Shown here: positions 14,501 to 27,099 of the stretch, in pieces
Layout: every line of letters begins with the position of its first letter
Numbering within the stretch: the stretch's first letter is position 1
NCBI GenBank assembly: GCA_976551045.1
Contig: CDPCPM010000026.1
Coordinates: 6,386,001 to 6,450,000, forward strand
Origin: Glaucostegus cemiculus
Lineage: Eukaryota
Length of the DNA: 64,000 nt
Direction: 5' to 3'
Notes under the pieces: model-generated
Seen by the model: only the letters and a program-made list of their open reading frames with translations
Told to the model about the DNA's origin: nothing
Databases searched by the model: none
Program-made: the position numbers and the translations under genes

Positions 14501-17500
14501 CAGGCATGCAGGAGAAGCTCAGAATGACCATCTTCTCCAACTTCACATCCTATCCCCAACCTTCGACGTACCTCCCTGTACACACACTCATGGGGAAAAA
14601 AGAGCACTCATAACTTATGGGACTTTCAAAATTAGGGAAGTATTACTCACAGAATCCATGTAACCTATTTAAAATGCTGAAAACAATGTGCGTAGACTTT
14701 TCGTTTAAGAAATAAATGCACATAATCACTGTGAAATGATATTAAGTTCTTTACTATGATTCCCAATGTAAACTAAATCCAGTAATTCAGCATGAATATG
14801 CTGCTATATATGGGGTTCTCAAATCCTTGCCTGTTTCTTTATTTTGATGGTACCGTGAGGTAAAATTTGCAATACACTTGATGTATATTCAGGGTCCATG
14901 AGAAAGGCCAAGTCAAGTTAGGATCAAAATGTATGTGCCGAATAATGTTGGAAGTTCCACATTGGGCCTGTCCCCAGCAGCTTCCTTACACCTGTGCAGG
15001 TGTCACTTAGATAGGATATTTGAATCTGTATCTTTTTTCAGTGTAAATAGTCAATAAAGAGTTTTCAAATGTAGCACTTAAAATGGTCCTTAACTGCATT
15101 AAGCTAATTTTTTGGTTGGTAATTTTAAGACGCTGGGGTGCTTCAGAATCTGTTTTTGACATTTGCAGCATCAGTTTGACTGCTAGGTGCTGACGCAGAG
15201 TACGTCTGTGGAGGCCTCTGTCTCTCTCCAGCAACTGGTAGCATGCTACTGGATTTACTCTTGACATTCCAAATGAGGAGGAAGAGAAATAATAAATCCA
15301 AAGAAGACACAATGTCCTGCAAGAGAGCAAAGCAGGCAAGAGGCACATTCCACTCTGTCGGTACTGAGGAACAGAACAAGCTCATAGAGCAGCAGAGCAC
15401 ATTGCAGGTACATTGTAACAGCTGGAAGAAAAGTATGGCCCAGCAATACTTCTGATCATTGTAGAGTTTCTCCTGATTAATTCCTTCCCTGTCTCCAAGT
15501 ACCAATTCCTTCCATTTGTCCGTTCTCAGTACCCACATGAATAATCTTATATCTATTTAGTTATTAAAACAGCTACTTAAATTCAAACATAAGCTTTCAA
15601 TGCTGAGTTAGATGTCTTAAACCCAACAGCAACTAGACACAACCCATTTGAAACTTTACTGCTACCACAAAGTTTGTTTTTAAATGAACACGCATGTGCA
15701 AGATTCATAAGCATGCTGCACAATATATGCACATATCATTCTGCTCTTAAAGTGCAAATTCTGTGTTAAAATGAATTCTTAATCCCAGTCTGCTTTCTGT
15801 ACCATAGAATTTATAATGTAAACCCCCATAATTTTTGCCGAGGTGGGAATTGCTTGAGAAAGTCCATTTGTAGAATATGCAGATAATTACACAAAACACA
15901 AGGAGCTCAAAACAAATCAGGTCCTCTTTATTCAAAGGCTCCCCACAAACCACTTCCTTGGAATTTTCTAACAACAATGTTGCAACCCAGACACCAGTTA
16001 GTTCCACGACACTATCTTTAAAGAAGCAATGGCCTTAAAGCAACACTTATTGTTCACCGTTATCATTATGTATGATATAGCCTGGTGATGTGGTATGGTT
16101 TTCCTGTCACAACTACCCAGATACCTAACTGAACTGATTAGTCAGAGATTTCCTGTGAAAGAACACACAAAAACACATTTTGCTATTTATCCAGTTGAGA
16201 AATAATGAAATACTAAAAAATATTGAATACAGCTCAGGTTAATTTTTTTGGGACCCTGTCAAAAATTAATAATTCAGTGAAATTGGGATTAGATGTAAAG
16301 AGGAACTCTCTCTCTCACGCACATGTGCATGCTTTTCAGATCTTTTCATAATATGAAATAGTGATAGTTTCTTTCACAAGCATAACTGATTCATAATTGA
16401 GCATTAGCTGCAGAAAGTCATGATCACATGCCTGATTACAAAGGATTCTGGAGGTAGTCAACAATTGCCAATAGATTTTACACTGTGACAGAGCATGTGC
16501 ACAATAAAGTTCGAGGGGACTTGATTATCATTCTTCCTGTATGAGAATAAACATGGGCAAGTAGTACAATTCAACTCTGGCAAGCTTTAGAAAGCCATGA
16601 CGAGATGTATATTGTACACATATGTGCAGATCTACATGCCCTGAATGGATCTAATGATTTTTTTGGAGGCCGATGCCAGTGTTGGACTCCACCACTAGAT
16701 GTGGTCCTGGGAATAAATATATAAAATATGTGTACAGTGTTCCAAAGTGAGAAGCAAACTTTTTTATGACTATATTATTGGAATGCTTACTTTTATTATG
16801 TCATGTAATGTGTAATTTAGCAGTTGCAAAGAATCATCATTGTAATTTTGTCTCATGAAATCAGGGAGTGGAGATTCTCTTGCCACTCTATGTAATGAAT
16901 AGGTTGGAGGGGGTGATGGTTGGTGGTGATTGTGGTGGATTCTGGACAGCCTTCAGTCTGAACTGGAGGGGTGACAATGTAAGAAGCAAGTGACATTGAC
17001 AGCTATACATGAGGAATCAGCCTAAGCCTGAGATATTCAAGCAATTTGCTGCAAATATCAATTGCAAAGGGAGCATGAAAATGTTTTGTGCAATGTTTCT
17101 GACTCCATAACCAGGTGGTGTGGGTTCAACTGAAATCATGGTTTTCTTAATGATTTGGAGCCTCATCGGTTTTGGGATTAAATTTAAAAATGTGAAACTA
17201 TAACATGTAAAATTTCATTTCACACCTGTTTTGAGTTATCCTGAAGGAGTATATTTATTGAAGGGTAATCTGAGAAGAGATGGAGCTCAGTCACTTATTT
17301 TACTACAGCAACTTTGGTTGAAGTAACAATTGTTGGTTGGAATTTAAATTTTAAAAATTGTGATATTAAGAGAGAACTTAACAGTGGACTACTTTGCTGT
17401 AAAGCAGGAGTGGTGCCACATCTACAGGTTCTAACATCTATGTAGTTAGAGCGTACATAGAAAGAGCAGCTGGGAGTTACTCCAAGCCATTGCACCACCA

Positions 17501-17894
17501 ACTGGATTTTATGTTTATAGTAATTATTGAATTCTTCAAAGTGAGAGCTATGATTTCTAAGGAACAGTCGATCTTGCTACCTTGGAAGCCCATATTAGTA
17601 TTGAGCACTTTAATGTCAGGTACAGAAGGAACAGCCAAGTAAATCTCCCTTGAGTCTGCAACTAAGTTATAGTCTTAATTTTCCAAACCCCTGAGAGATA
17701 AAAATATCTGTCTTAAACGCATTCGTCTGAGGCCTATTTCATAAGATATGGGAAACGTTTCGAGTGTTCTGTTTGCAAGTCATAAAATGGGTGGATTTAG
17801 GTCCATAAAGGGAGCAAAAGCAAAGTACTGCAGTTACTAGCATTCCATTGCAGGAAGCCCTCACCTTTTTAGGCAGCTTCTGAGAGATATGACC

Positions 17895-17976
17895 AAATGA
17901 CCTGATGGAAGCCCATCAGCCTGAAACATTGACTGTGTGTCCTGATGCTGTCTGACCGGCTGAGTATTTCCAGCAG
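17895..17976 (+). mobile_element. Penelope terminal-repeat fragment with decayed hammerhead-like core
   Basis: CCTGATGGAAGCCCATCAGCCTGAAACATTGACTG...GATGCTGTCTGACCGGCTGAGTATTTCCAGCA. Confidence 0.65.
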
Positions 17977-17982
17977 TAAAAT

Positions 17983-19794
17983 GGCGACACAAGAGATTGC
18001 AGATGCTGGAATCTGGAGCAAAAAACAAGCTGCTGGAGGAACTCAGTGGGTCAAGCAGCATTCATGGAGGGAAATAGATGACATTTTGGGCTGAGACCCT
18101 TCATCTGAACACAAAAAGTAGAAGGGAAGTAGCTGGTGTCAAAAGACAAGGGGAAGGGATGGGCCAAGAGCTGGCAAGAGATAGGTGGATCCACATGAGG
18201 AGAGGTTGATTGGTAGATGGAAATCTCTGGGGGAGGGAAGGATGGAGATAGCGACAGAGGCTGGAAGGTGATACGTGGAGACAACAAAGGGCTGCAGATT
18301 ATGAAATCTGATAAGAAAAGCAGATGTAGAGTGGAACCAGATTAGGGAGGTGGAATGAGCGGGTGGGAACAGTGGGAGGAGCGTGTGGGTAATGGGCAGA
18401 TGGAGTAGGTGGGGGAGGGGAAAGAAACCGGGAGTTGGGGGCTGGGGTGGGATGGGGGGCAGTTGGAAAGAAGGGTCTGTGTGAGAGGACCTGGCTAGAT
18501 CACAGGAAGAAGGAGAGAGAAAGGGACAAAGGAGGAGCAGGTTACCTTAAATAGTATAATTGTAGATGATTCAGGTGGAATATTAGGTGCAGTGCTTCTG
18601 GTTTGTGATTGGCCTCACCCTGGCAGTGTAGGAAGCCGAGGACAGACATTTGGTGTGGGAATGGGAAGGGGAATTAAAATGGCTGACAATCAGCAGCTCC
18701 AGATGGCCACTGTGGACACATCGCAGGTGCTCAGCAAAGTGGTTGCCTGGTCTTCGCATTGTCTCACCAACGTAGAGAAGCCTACACCAAGAACACTGAA
18801 TGCAATAGGCGAGGGTAGAGGAGGTGTATGTGAACTCTATTTTAGGGTTGCTGGAGGAAGTGCCTAGGGAGTGGGAAGGATGAGCAAACCAGGAAGTCAT
18901 GGGAAGGGGTGGGAAGGGAAGATGTCACTGGGTGGTGGGATCACATTGCGGTTGGAGGAAATATCGATTGGTGACATGCTGGATGTGGAGGCTGGTGTGG
19001 TGAAAGGTAAAGACTAAGGGAACTCTATCCTTGTTCTATATGGGGGAAGATATGGTGAGAGGAGAAGTGTAGGAAATGGAGGAGATGTGGGTGAGGGCTC
19101 CATCACCTCCAGTATGGGGGAAGCCATGTTCCCTGAAAAAGGAGGACATCCCAAATAACCTGCAGTGGAAGGCCTCGTCTTGAGAACAGATACAACAGAG
19201 ATGGAGAAACTGAGAGAAAGGGATGATGCCCTTACAGGGTGGGAGGAGGGTTAGTGTAGGTAGTTGTGGGAGGAGATGTGTTTGTAGGAAACACTGTAGT
19301 AAACATCAGTGACAGCTCATCTCCTGAGATGGAGACAGAGATATCAAGAAAGGGGAGAGAGGTGTCAGAGATGACCAAATGACTTTGAGGGCAGGGTGGA
19401 AGTTGACAAATTTATACAGCTAGGTAGCACCAATGCAGTCGTCAGTGTAGCAGAGAAAGAGTTGAGGAGTGGTGCCAGAGTAGGTTTGGAACATTGTCTG
19501 CTCCACATAGTCAATGAAAAGTTAGGCATAATTAAGGCCAATGCAAGTCCCCATGGCTACTCATCTGATTTGTAGTAAGTGAGAGGAATCAAAAGAGAAG
19601 TTGTTCAGGGTAAGAGCAAGTTCTTTCAGGTAGAGGAGAGTGTTAGTAAGGGAGAACTGGTTTGATCTATGCCCTGGAATGAAATGGAGAGCCCTAAGGC
19701 CTTCCTGATGGGGAATGGAAATGTATAGAGACTGGATGTCCATGGTAAACATGAGGCTGTGGGGGCCAGGAAATTAGAAGTTGTTGAAATGGTG
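17983..19794 (-). mobile_element. Penelope-like retroelement, 5'-truncated: RT, GIY-YIG endonuclease and 3' terminal repeat (pseudogenised)
   Basis: RT motifs FTMDIQSLYISIPHQEGLRAL and LALTLNNFSFDSSHLLQIR*VAMGT; GIY-YIG region FTYTSSTLAYCIQCSWCRLLYVGETMRRPGNHFAEHLR; terminal repeat at 17983-18110. Confidence 0.93.
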
Positions 19795-21139
19795 TATTTC
19801 TGTTTTTAACTGGTGTTGTCTGAAAATATTACATTGAGATAGACAGGGATAAAAAAAATGGAAGATGAATATGTAGAAATTGGATTACACCCATTTCACT
19901 GAGCTGAAATGTTGCTGCATTTAGCATTAATGCCCAATCTCTTCATGTGAATAAAATGACAAAATTGGTCAAAATTATTTTGAAACAGTGGTAGTTTACA
20001 ACCAGAAATGGGACCATGTGGTTCCCAATGAGACCTCATCCAAGTTTGCCGATCCAAAGCATTCAGAAGAGGGCATCAGCCACTCAAAGCACAGACCACA
20101 ATGTAACAGCACACATTTTGACTGCCACAGAGCAGAAGAAGTCCACAGAAGAGAGAGGGAGACCTTTGACATTTGCTCAAAGGTAAATGCAATACCATGA
20201 GATACATGCCTTGAGAAAGGCCTTGTGAGTTGGGCTGGGGAGGGGTGGTGTCAGGAGACCTTCCTAGGCCCATCATAAGTAAAGCCTGGCCAGAGGTGGC
20301 TACAGTGGTCTCCCCCTGGACGGTGAATCTTCTATGCAATGCTCAAAGAAATGTCATGATTCTTCAAGCATATCAGGGTGATCTGCACATCATTCTCTCC
20401 ACCTGTAGAACGCAGAACCCCACAGGATATGTTTTATCATGCAGAGTCTGAGTTCTTCAAGCAAGAAGCTGGTTATCAGGAAATAGAGAGTTATTGGAGC
20501 TTGCCATTAATGTTATTGGAACAGGGATTAATTCAAATGCAGTGCAGGTGGATGTAACAGGATTTGGTGCTTTTCTGGCCTCTTGATGATTGGTATACTA
20601 TGTTGGATTAAGAATTGTAGTGTGGAGAAGGTCACTTGGTTTGTATTCGGGGTTTTTATTGAAAATCATCTCTGAAATCCTAGGCGACCAATATTTATCT
20701 CCTCCACTGAGCTAGGAGATGGGACTGTGGACACTGAACATCATCAGCCAACACCCCCACCCCCCGCGCCCCCCACCAACCTCTCTCCCGTTCCTTTTGC
20801 TCCTGTTACTATCCAAGTACCGTCTCATGGACCAAAGGCTCTGGGGTTCCCTGTTTCTCTTCCTCCAGCACCAGCTGTTGTCTACAGTTTATTAGATTAT
20901 GCAGTATACATGAGGTAATGCCATCTCCACACCTTGGTGTGCACTGCAAAGCACCCTGGGACTGATTCAGACAATTAAATCACACCTTTTGGAAAACAGA
21001 GGTGTGTCCTCTGACTATCTCGTTACTCATAATGCATCTTCCCTCAGCTGCTGTGGTTGGAGAGTTCACTGGTATGAGGATCCAAGGAAGCTGAGGGACA
21101 GCTCTAGGATGCATCCCTCCAGCAGAGTTGGACATTGGA

Positions 21140-21232
21140 CAACACACAAAACTCAGGAAGAACTCAACAGGTCAGGCAGCATCTATGGAGGGAGATGGAA
21201 AGTCAACATTTTGGGTTGAGATTCTTCATCTT
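21140..21232 (-). mobile_element. Solo Penelope terminal-repeat fragment
   Basis: ACACACAAAACTCAGGAAGAACTCAACAGGTCAGGCAGCATCTATGGAGG...GTCAACATTTTGGGTTGAGATTCTTCATC. Confidence 0.75.
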
Positions 21233-21340
21233 GCAGCCTTCCTCAGGATGAAGTAGGTATGTATGTTAATAGGAAGCAGAGCATTTGCCAGGAGGAAATC
21301 CTTGTGATTTACAACCACCTGTACATTGAGGGGGTGAAAA

Positions 21341-22128
21341 CCTTTCTTTTTCAATCTTTTTATTAGTTACAAATCAATACAGATTAATATATAGTATCAG
21401 TGTTCACACATGTATTACAAAGAGATCAGTATAACAATCATAGCATAGGTAATCATAAGAAACAATAAAGTATAATATATTAAAAAATAGATCCAACAAT
21501 CTCTTGGTTGATGAATATAGTATAAAAGATAAGAAGGAAAAAGATTTATTATATAAACTGGAAAAAAAGAAAAAAAACAAATCAATAAAAAAATAACAAT
21601 ATAAACTAAACAGAAAATTTTAGAAAAAAAAAACAAAAAAAAGACTGGGCTAAAATTTCTCAATAGAAACAGGGCAATATTATGTCATCAGCTCAGTTCC
21701 CCTAAATTAAAAGGTTATTGAAAGGGAGTCTACATCATGTGGAAATATTTAATAAATGGACTCCAAATATCTTCAAATTTAAGCAAAGGATCAACAGTAC
21801 CACTCCTAATTTTTTCCAAGTTTAAACATGATATAGTTTGAGAGAACCATTGAAAGGTAGTAGGGGGTACTGGATCCTTCCACTTAAGCAGAATGGTTCG
21901 CTTGGCCATTAATGTAACAAAGGCAATCATACGGTTAGTGGAAACAGATAAATGGCCAGACCTTATCCATGGTAATCCAAAAATTGCAGTAATAAGATGG
22001 AGTTGTAAATCAACCTTCAGTACATTTGAAATAATATTAAAAATGTCTTTCCAATATTTTTCCAAAAGAGGACAGGACCAAAACATATGTTTCAAAGAGG
22101 CCACATTCAATTTACATCTATTGCATAT
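21341..22128 (-). mobile_element. L1/Tx1-clade LINE 3' end (ORF2 C-terminal CCHC knuckle, 3' UTR and A-rich tail)
   Basis: Minus frame reads ICNRCKLNVASLKHMFWSCPLLEKYW...AKRTILLKWKDPVPPT...W...LNLEKI...KFEDIWSPFIKYF and is open to the stop at 21730; AATAAAAAAGATTGAAAAAGAAAG tail at the left end. Confidence 0.92.
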
Positions 22129-23607
22129 AAATCTTGCTTTTGGTTTGAGTTATTAAGGGGAAACTCTGTGGGCGTATGAGTGCAGCCAATGGCAATGAAG
22201 TAAAAACGACTCATGTTGCTGGCACTCAGCTCATAATCCGCTTGCCTCTGAGGATGGGCTTGTGCTATTTCAGAGCTATGAGCACAAAAGTGTCAGCTGG
22301 AGATCTGTTGGAGAGCCAAGAACACAGTACCTTCCAAACCTTTAACATCTACCACCAGAAGACAAGGACAGCAGGTACATTGGAACCCCACAAGCTGAAG
22401 TTCCACTCAACTCACTCACAATCCTGTCGAAGTAATATTGATGGAAGTGCCTGTCAAAACACAAATTACCAGGTTACTACTACTTTAATGTTTGCGGGAA
22501 CTTGCTGTGTGTAAATTTTCTTCTCTTTTCCCTCCAATACACATGTGAAAGTTAATTTCATTGACTTCAAGATGTATTGGAGTGACCTGTGGCTGTGAGG
22601 GTTGCTATATAAATGCAAGTGTTTCAAATTTTTTCATCTAAAAAAATAAACGGGAATTTTCTTCATTTCCCACATCGTCTGCATTTCCTTAAGTTAACTG
22701 CAGTTCAGTGATAAACCTATATCAGACGTTGTTCTGCACAAAGCATCCTTGAACCTGACAAAAGGACTCTGCTTTATACAGTCAATCTGATCTGAATTCA
22801 AACTCAGGTCCAGCTGACAGGACACAAAGCAAACATCATCTAAATAAAGATACAGCTTGAAGCACACACATGTGCTGAGCTGACTGGGACATTAACACAC
22901 ATGTGAAAATTTTTATATTATTTAAACATTTAGCAAGCCTGTTTTAAGCCCATGTGTTGTGTGATTTCTCTTTGTACCAAGGTCGTGTATTCTTTGCAGA
23001 ATCTTAAGTACATCTTTAAGTGATTTCTGGATATGTGCTGCTAACAGACATTAAATCTTGCCTCATCAGTGAAATAGCAAACATCTGCACAGTGAACCTA
23101 TGCACCATCCTCATAGAATAATTTTTATTGATTTGCTTGAAAGAAGTGGAACAATGACACTAAAGCATTATCAGGGTCAGCACAAACTGGCTGTGCTGCC
23201 CATGTGACAGCATTTCTTATAAACTGACAAATCTGATAACAGTTTTGGCTCCATGTCACTTTACCAGAGCAGCAAAGGCATTGCAAGATGTTTCTGCAGA
23301 TGATGGGAACTTATAGGATGTGACATTTTTGCGTGACCTCCAAAGGTGCAATCACATTCAGTATTTGAAACAAAGTGCGCAGAGACTCTTGTTTCACACA
23401 ATTGTGTGATATCTATTTATAAAGCAAACAATGGGAAGGAAATTGGTGAGATATGAATTTGAGACTGATATGGAATGCACAGGCGTGGGGAAAGTTGAGC
23501 TAACACTGTTTTCTATCATGTCTGGTTTTAGCACACTCCTTCTGCTGACACATATGGAGCAGCTGGAACCTGGATTCCGCCCCCCCATGTTAATGAATCC
23601 CAGCCAC

Positions 23608-23774
23608 AAGAAGGTGGTGGAAGCAGATATTTAGGTGATGGAGAAGGCAAGTAATCTCACAATATTTAAAAGGGATTTGGATGAGCACTTGAATTGGACC
23701 TAGTGCTGGTTAAAGGAATTAGTACAGATGGGTCAGCATGGACCTGGTGTGCTGAAAACCCTGTATGACTCTAA
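23608..23774 (+). mobile_element. CR1/HER1 LINE 3' end
   Basis: GAAGGTGGTGGAAGCAG...ATATTTAAAAGGGATTTGGATGAGCACTTGAA...CAGCATGGAC...CTGTATGACTCTA. Confidence 0.75.
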
Positions 23775-24014
23775 TAGGACACGCAAGAAATTCTGCAGGT
23801 GCTGGAATCTGGTGCAAAACACACAAATGCTGGAGGAACTCAGCAGTCAGGCAGCACCTGACTGAACTGAGGAATGAACAGTCAAAGTTTTGGGTCGAGA
23901 CCCTTCATCAGGATCATTGAGATCAGGTCGAGACCATTCATCCTGATTGAAGGGTCTTGACCCGATATGTTGACTGATGCTGCCTGACCTGCTGAGTTCC
24001 TCCAGCATTTTGTG
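23775..24014. mobile_element. Fold-back Penelope-derived mini-element with two opposed hammerhead-like cores
   Basis: Inverted arms ACACACAAATGCTGGAGGAACTCAGCAG...GGGTCGAGACCCTTCATCAGGAT and ATCCTGATTGAAGGGTCTTGACCC...CTGCTGAGTTCCTCCAGCATTTTGTGTGT; flanking direct repeat TGTATGACTCTAA at 23762-23774 and 24015-24027. Confidence 0.88.
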
Positions 24015-25059
24015 TGTATGACTCTAAAAGGGTTGTGAAAATACTACAGAGAATACAACTTTTCTTTGCTGTTTTTGACAGCAGTGTGCCATCCAAATAT
24101 TGTTCCCCTAAAGATGTGCTGAAGTGTCGTTGTACTGTGTGCCAGGAGCTGTTTTGGTCATGTGGAGACCAAAATAGCCATTGTACACGTACCTTCACCT
24201 GCCGTGGAGCACACCAAAGATAATGTGGCATTCCGGACCAGTGCCAAGGCTTAGGAGCTTGGGGGGAGAGAAGGTGATGGAAATAGCTGGCAGGATGTAC
24301 AGTAGCCTGTGGCCCTGTGCTGGAGGGGATGGGGTTGCTGACCAGAGAATGACACGGTGTGAGAGGGGATCTGTGGTTTGCTCAGTGAGTCGTGGGGTCA
24401 GAGAGATCAAGGGTTGGTGCCTGGGCTAATGAATGAAGAACATTTCACAGAGAGATTGTTACCATAACTTGGGGGGTGGGTGCTTGCAGAGGGGTTGTTG
24501 GGAGTCCTGAAGTAAACGAGACAAGTACTGGGATTTAATTGAATGCTGTGCTGGCTCTGATTAATTAAAACTTACTTGTTCTGGGGGTACCTCTGAAAAG
24601 AAGGTGTGCAACCTGCCCTGGGGATTCTCCAGAAGGAGAGTTGTGTGGGGAGTGATGTCACTTGATATGCATCTCGCACGGAAATGGTAACAGATTCATT
24701 AGGGGATTTCGCACCTATAAAGGGACTTCCAGTGATAAGATTCAACACCCTCAAAAAACTATGATTTCATACCTGTAATAACTAACTAAATTTTAAGAAA
24801 TCTGACAATTTATTACAGCTTCACAATTGTCATGATATTTTTACTGATGGTTTTTGCAATCGTCACAACTGAATTACTGACGATTTAAATAGGATTCAGA
24901 AATAGTGTCAACATTGAAACAGAGATAAATTTCCTCTTATCCCTTCCTCTGAGACTGCATTTAAACTGTCGTTTCAAGTTTGAAGCTGTTAGACACAGAA
25001 TCACTTCACAATTAGGAATCCTGATTTACTTTGACCAGTTATTAAACTGGGTGGAATTG

Positions 25060-26030
25060 TGAAACTTCAAGGAGACTTCTAACAGATTGAGTGAGTGGGC
25101 AAAATACGGTAGTGTAGCCGTTAACATAACACTATTACAGTGCCAGTAACCCGGGTTCAATTCCAGCCACTGTCTGTAAGGAGTTTGTACGTTCTCCCCA
25201 TTACTGCATGGGTTTCCTTCAGGTGCTCTGGTTTCTCCCACATTCCAAAGATGTACGGGTTAGGATTTTGGTGCTGGAAGCATGGCGACACTTGCGGGCT
25301 GCCCCCAGAACACTCTACGCAAAAGATGCATTTCACTGTGTGTTTTGATATACTGTACATGTGACTAATAAGGATATCTTATCTTATCACTGCTGTCAAA
25401 AATGAAGGTATATATTATTTAAATGGTGTTGGCGTGGAGAATGTTGAGTGTTGATGTACAAATAGACTTGGATATTCTCACTCCATTTAAGTAATAATTT
25501 GCTTTTTCATTCTTCTTTCTGAAGTGGATAACCACACATTTTTCTACATTATACTCCAGCTGCCAACTTACCACTTGACCTCTGTGTATTCCTTTGCAAC
25601 TCTTTGTGTCCTCTTTATCACATGCTATCTCACCTATTTTATATCATTAACAGATTTGCTTACAGTATATGTTGTCTGTTCATCCAGATCATCACATAGA
25701 TTATAATAGCTGAGGCTCCACCACTAATATCTTTGGCACGCCACTAAATACTCATTGCTAATCCAAAAATGATCCATTTATCCATTTATCCCACCTCTCT
25801 GTTAGCTGATCCCCTATCCATGCCATTATATTACCACCAGCTCCATGTTCAATAATATTTTATGTGACACTTTAGCAAATACTGCAAATCCAAATACAAT
25901 GCATCTTACCGATCCCCCCTTAATCCACCCTGTTTGTTGCATCCTCAAAAAAACTCTAGCAAATTTGTCAAACACAATTAAACCTTTCACTAAACCATAT
26001 TGACTCTGCTTGCTTTTCTTCTAGTTTTTC
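25060..26030. mobile_element. CR1 RT relics in inverted arrangement (plus 25060-25480, minus 25481-26030)
   Basis: Plus: CTTCAAGGAGAC...AGATTGAGTGAGTGGGCAAAA...TATTATTTAAATGGTG...GTACAAATAGACTTGG. Minus: CCATTTAAGTAATAAT...AAGTGGATAACCACACATTTTTCTACATTATACTCCAGCTGCCA...TTTGTCAAACACAAT. Confidence 0.75.
25105..25388 (+). mobile_element. V-SINE subfamily A inserted in a CR1 relic
   Basis: Head ACGGTAGTGTAGCCGTTA, B-box GGGTTCAATTCC, V-domain, tail GTGACTAATAAGGATATCTTATCTTATC. Confidence 0.92.
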
Positions 26031-27099
26031 TAAATACATTCTTGTTAATGTTTATTTTCCTGTGTTTCATAGAAATGCTAGTTTTATATTCCATATAAAA
26101 TATGAGCTTTGTTCTGTTTATGTTTTTCCCAAATTTGCTTTACTGTGGAAAAATATATGTAGTTATTTTGATTGTAACTTTTTAAGTTGAGTTCCACACC
26201 CTACCAGATCAAAAACCTCAACATGTTGTGTCTTTTAGAGACAGCCTTATGGCATTCCTAGTTTTTTTACAATGCTGAGATTTTTCCATTATGTACCCTA
26301 TGAATGGGGAATGCAGCGACATTGTATTATTTTTAAACATTAAAGAACAAAATAACACTGGAGAATAGACGAACATTCTACCACATTTACAATCCTAAAG
26401 AATCATGGCCAGTTGCCCATTTATGAAGCAAGAAATTGCTGTTAAAGGGAGCTAGATACATAACTCGAGATAAGCCATGAATGGAGTGATTGGAATAATT
26501 AGATCCAACTGTAAATCTTATTTAAGATATTCCTCAGATAGGGCCTTGGAATGAACATTAGACAAAATACATCTGGCAGGATGGTTGATTTAACTTCTTT
26601 CGGTTAATGTGTTCATATATAATTCCTTTGTCCAATTTTAACATGATCATTAACCAATTTAAAGTCATCAGGACTGTATTGATATATCACCCAAAGGAAT
26701 GTTCCATGGACATGTTAACCAGTATGCTGTCAGAGCAAATTAAACCCTTCAGACAATTTGAAACCTAGACTCAGGTACAGACTCAAGGAGACGATTTGAC
26801 TTTGGAGGAGGTGCATGATGAAACATAGCTGATCTTCAAAATCAAGATTTTCAAATGTAACCAAGGGTTTAACATAGAAAATAACCCAAGGTTCACTGCA
26901 TGGGAATGTGGGTTGGGAGATATAAGAAATAATAAAGCAGATTCTGAAGTGTGGTACACTGTAACTCTTGCTGTAGAAGGGAGGAAAGGATAAGCAAAAT
27001 GGTCTAATGTAAGCTGTTTGCAACGCTGATACCCAGTGGTGCGCTGTGACTGCAGTGAGTTCTATCTGCAAAATACACTGTAGTCACTCGTCCTAGCAA

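Noticed and set aside
24193-24198. 6-nt minus-strand microexon (CAG|GTGAAG|GTACGT) and 13-nt plus candidate near 62047-62059
   Set aside because: Such short AG...GT spacings are expected by chance; the pyrimidine and branch context is weaker, and the 13-nt case breaks frame.
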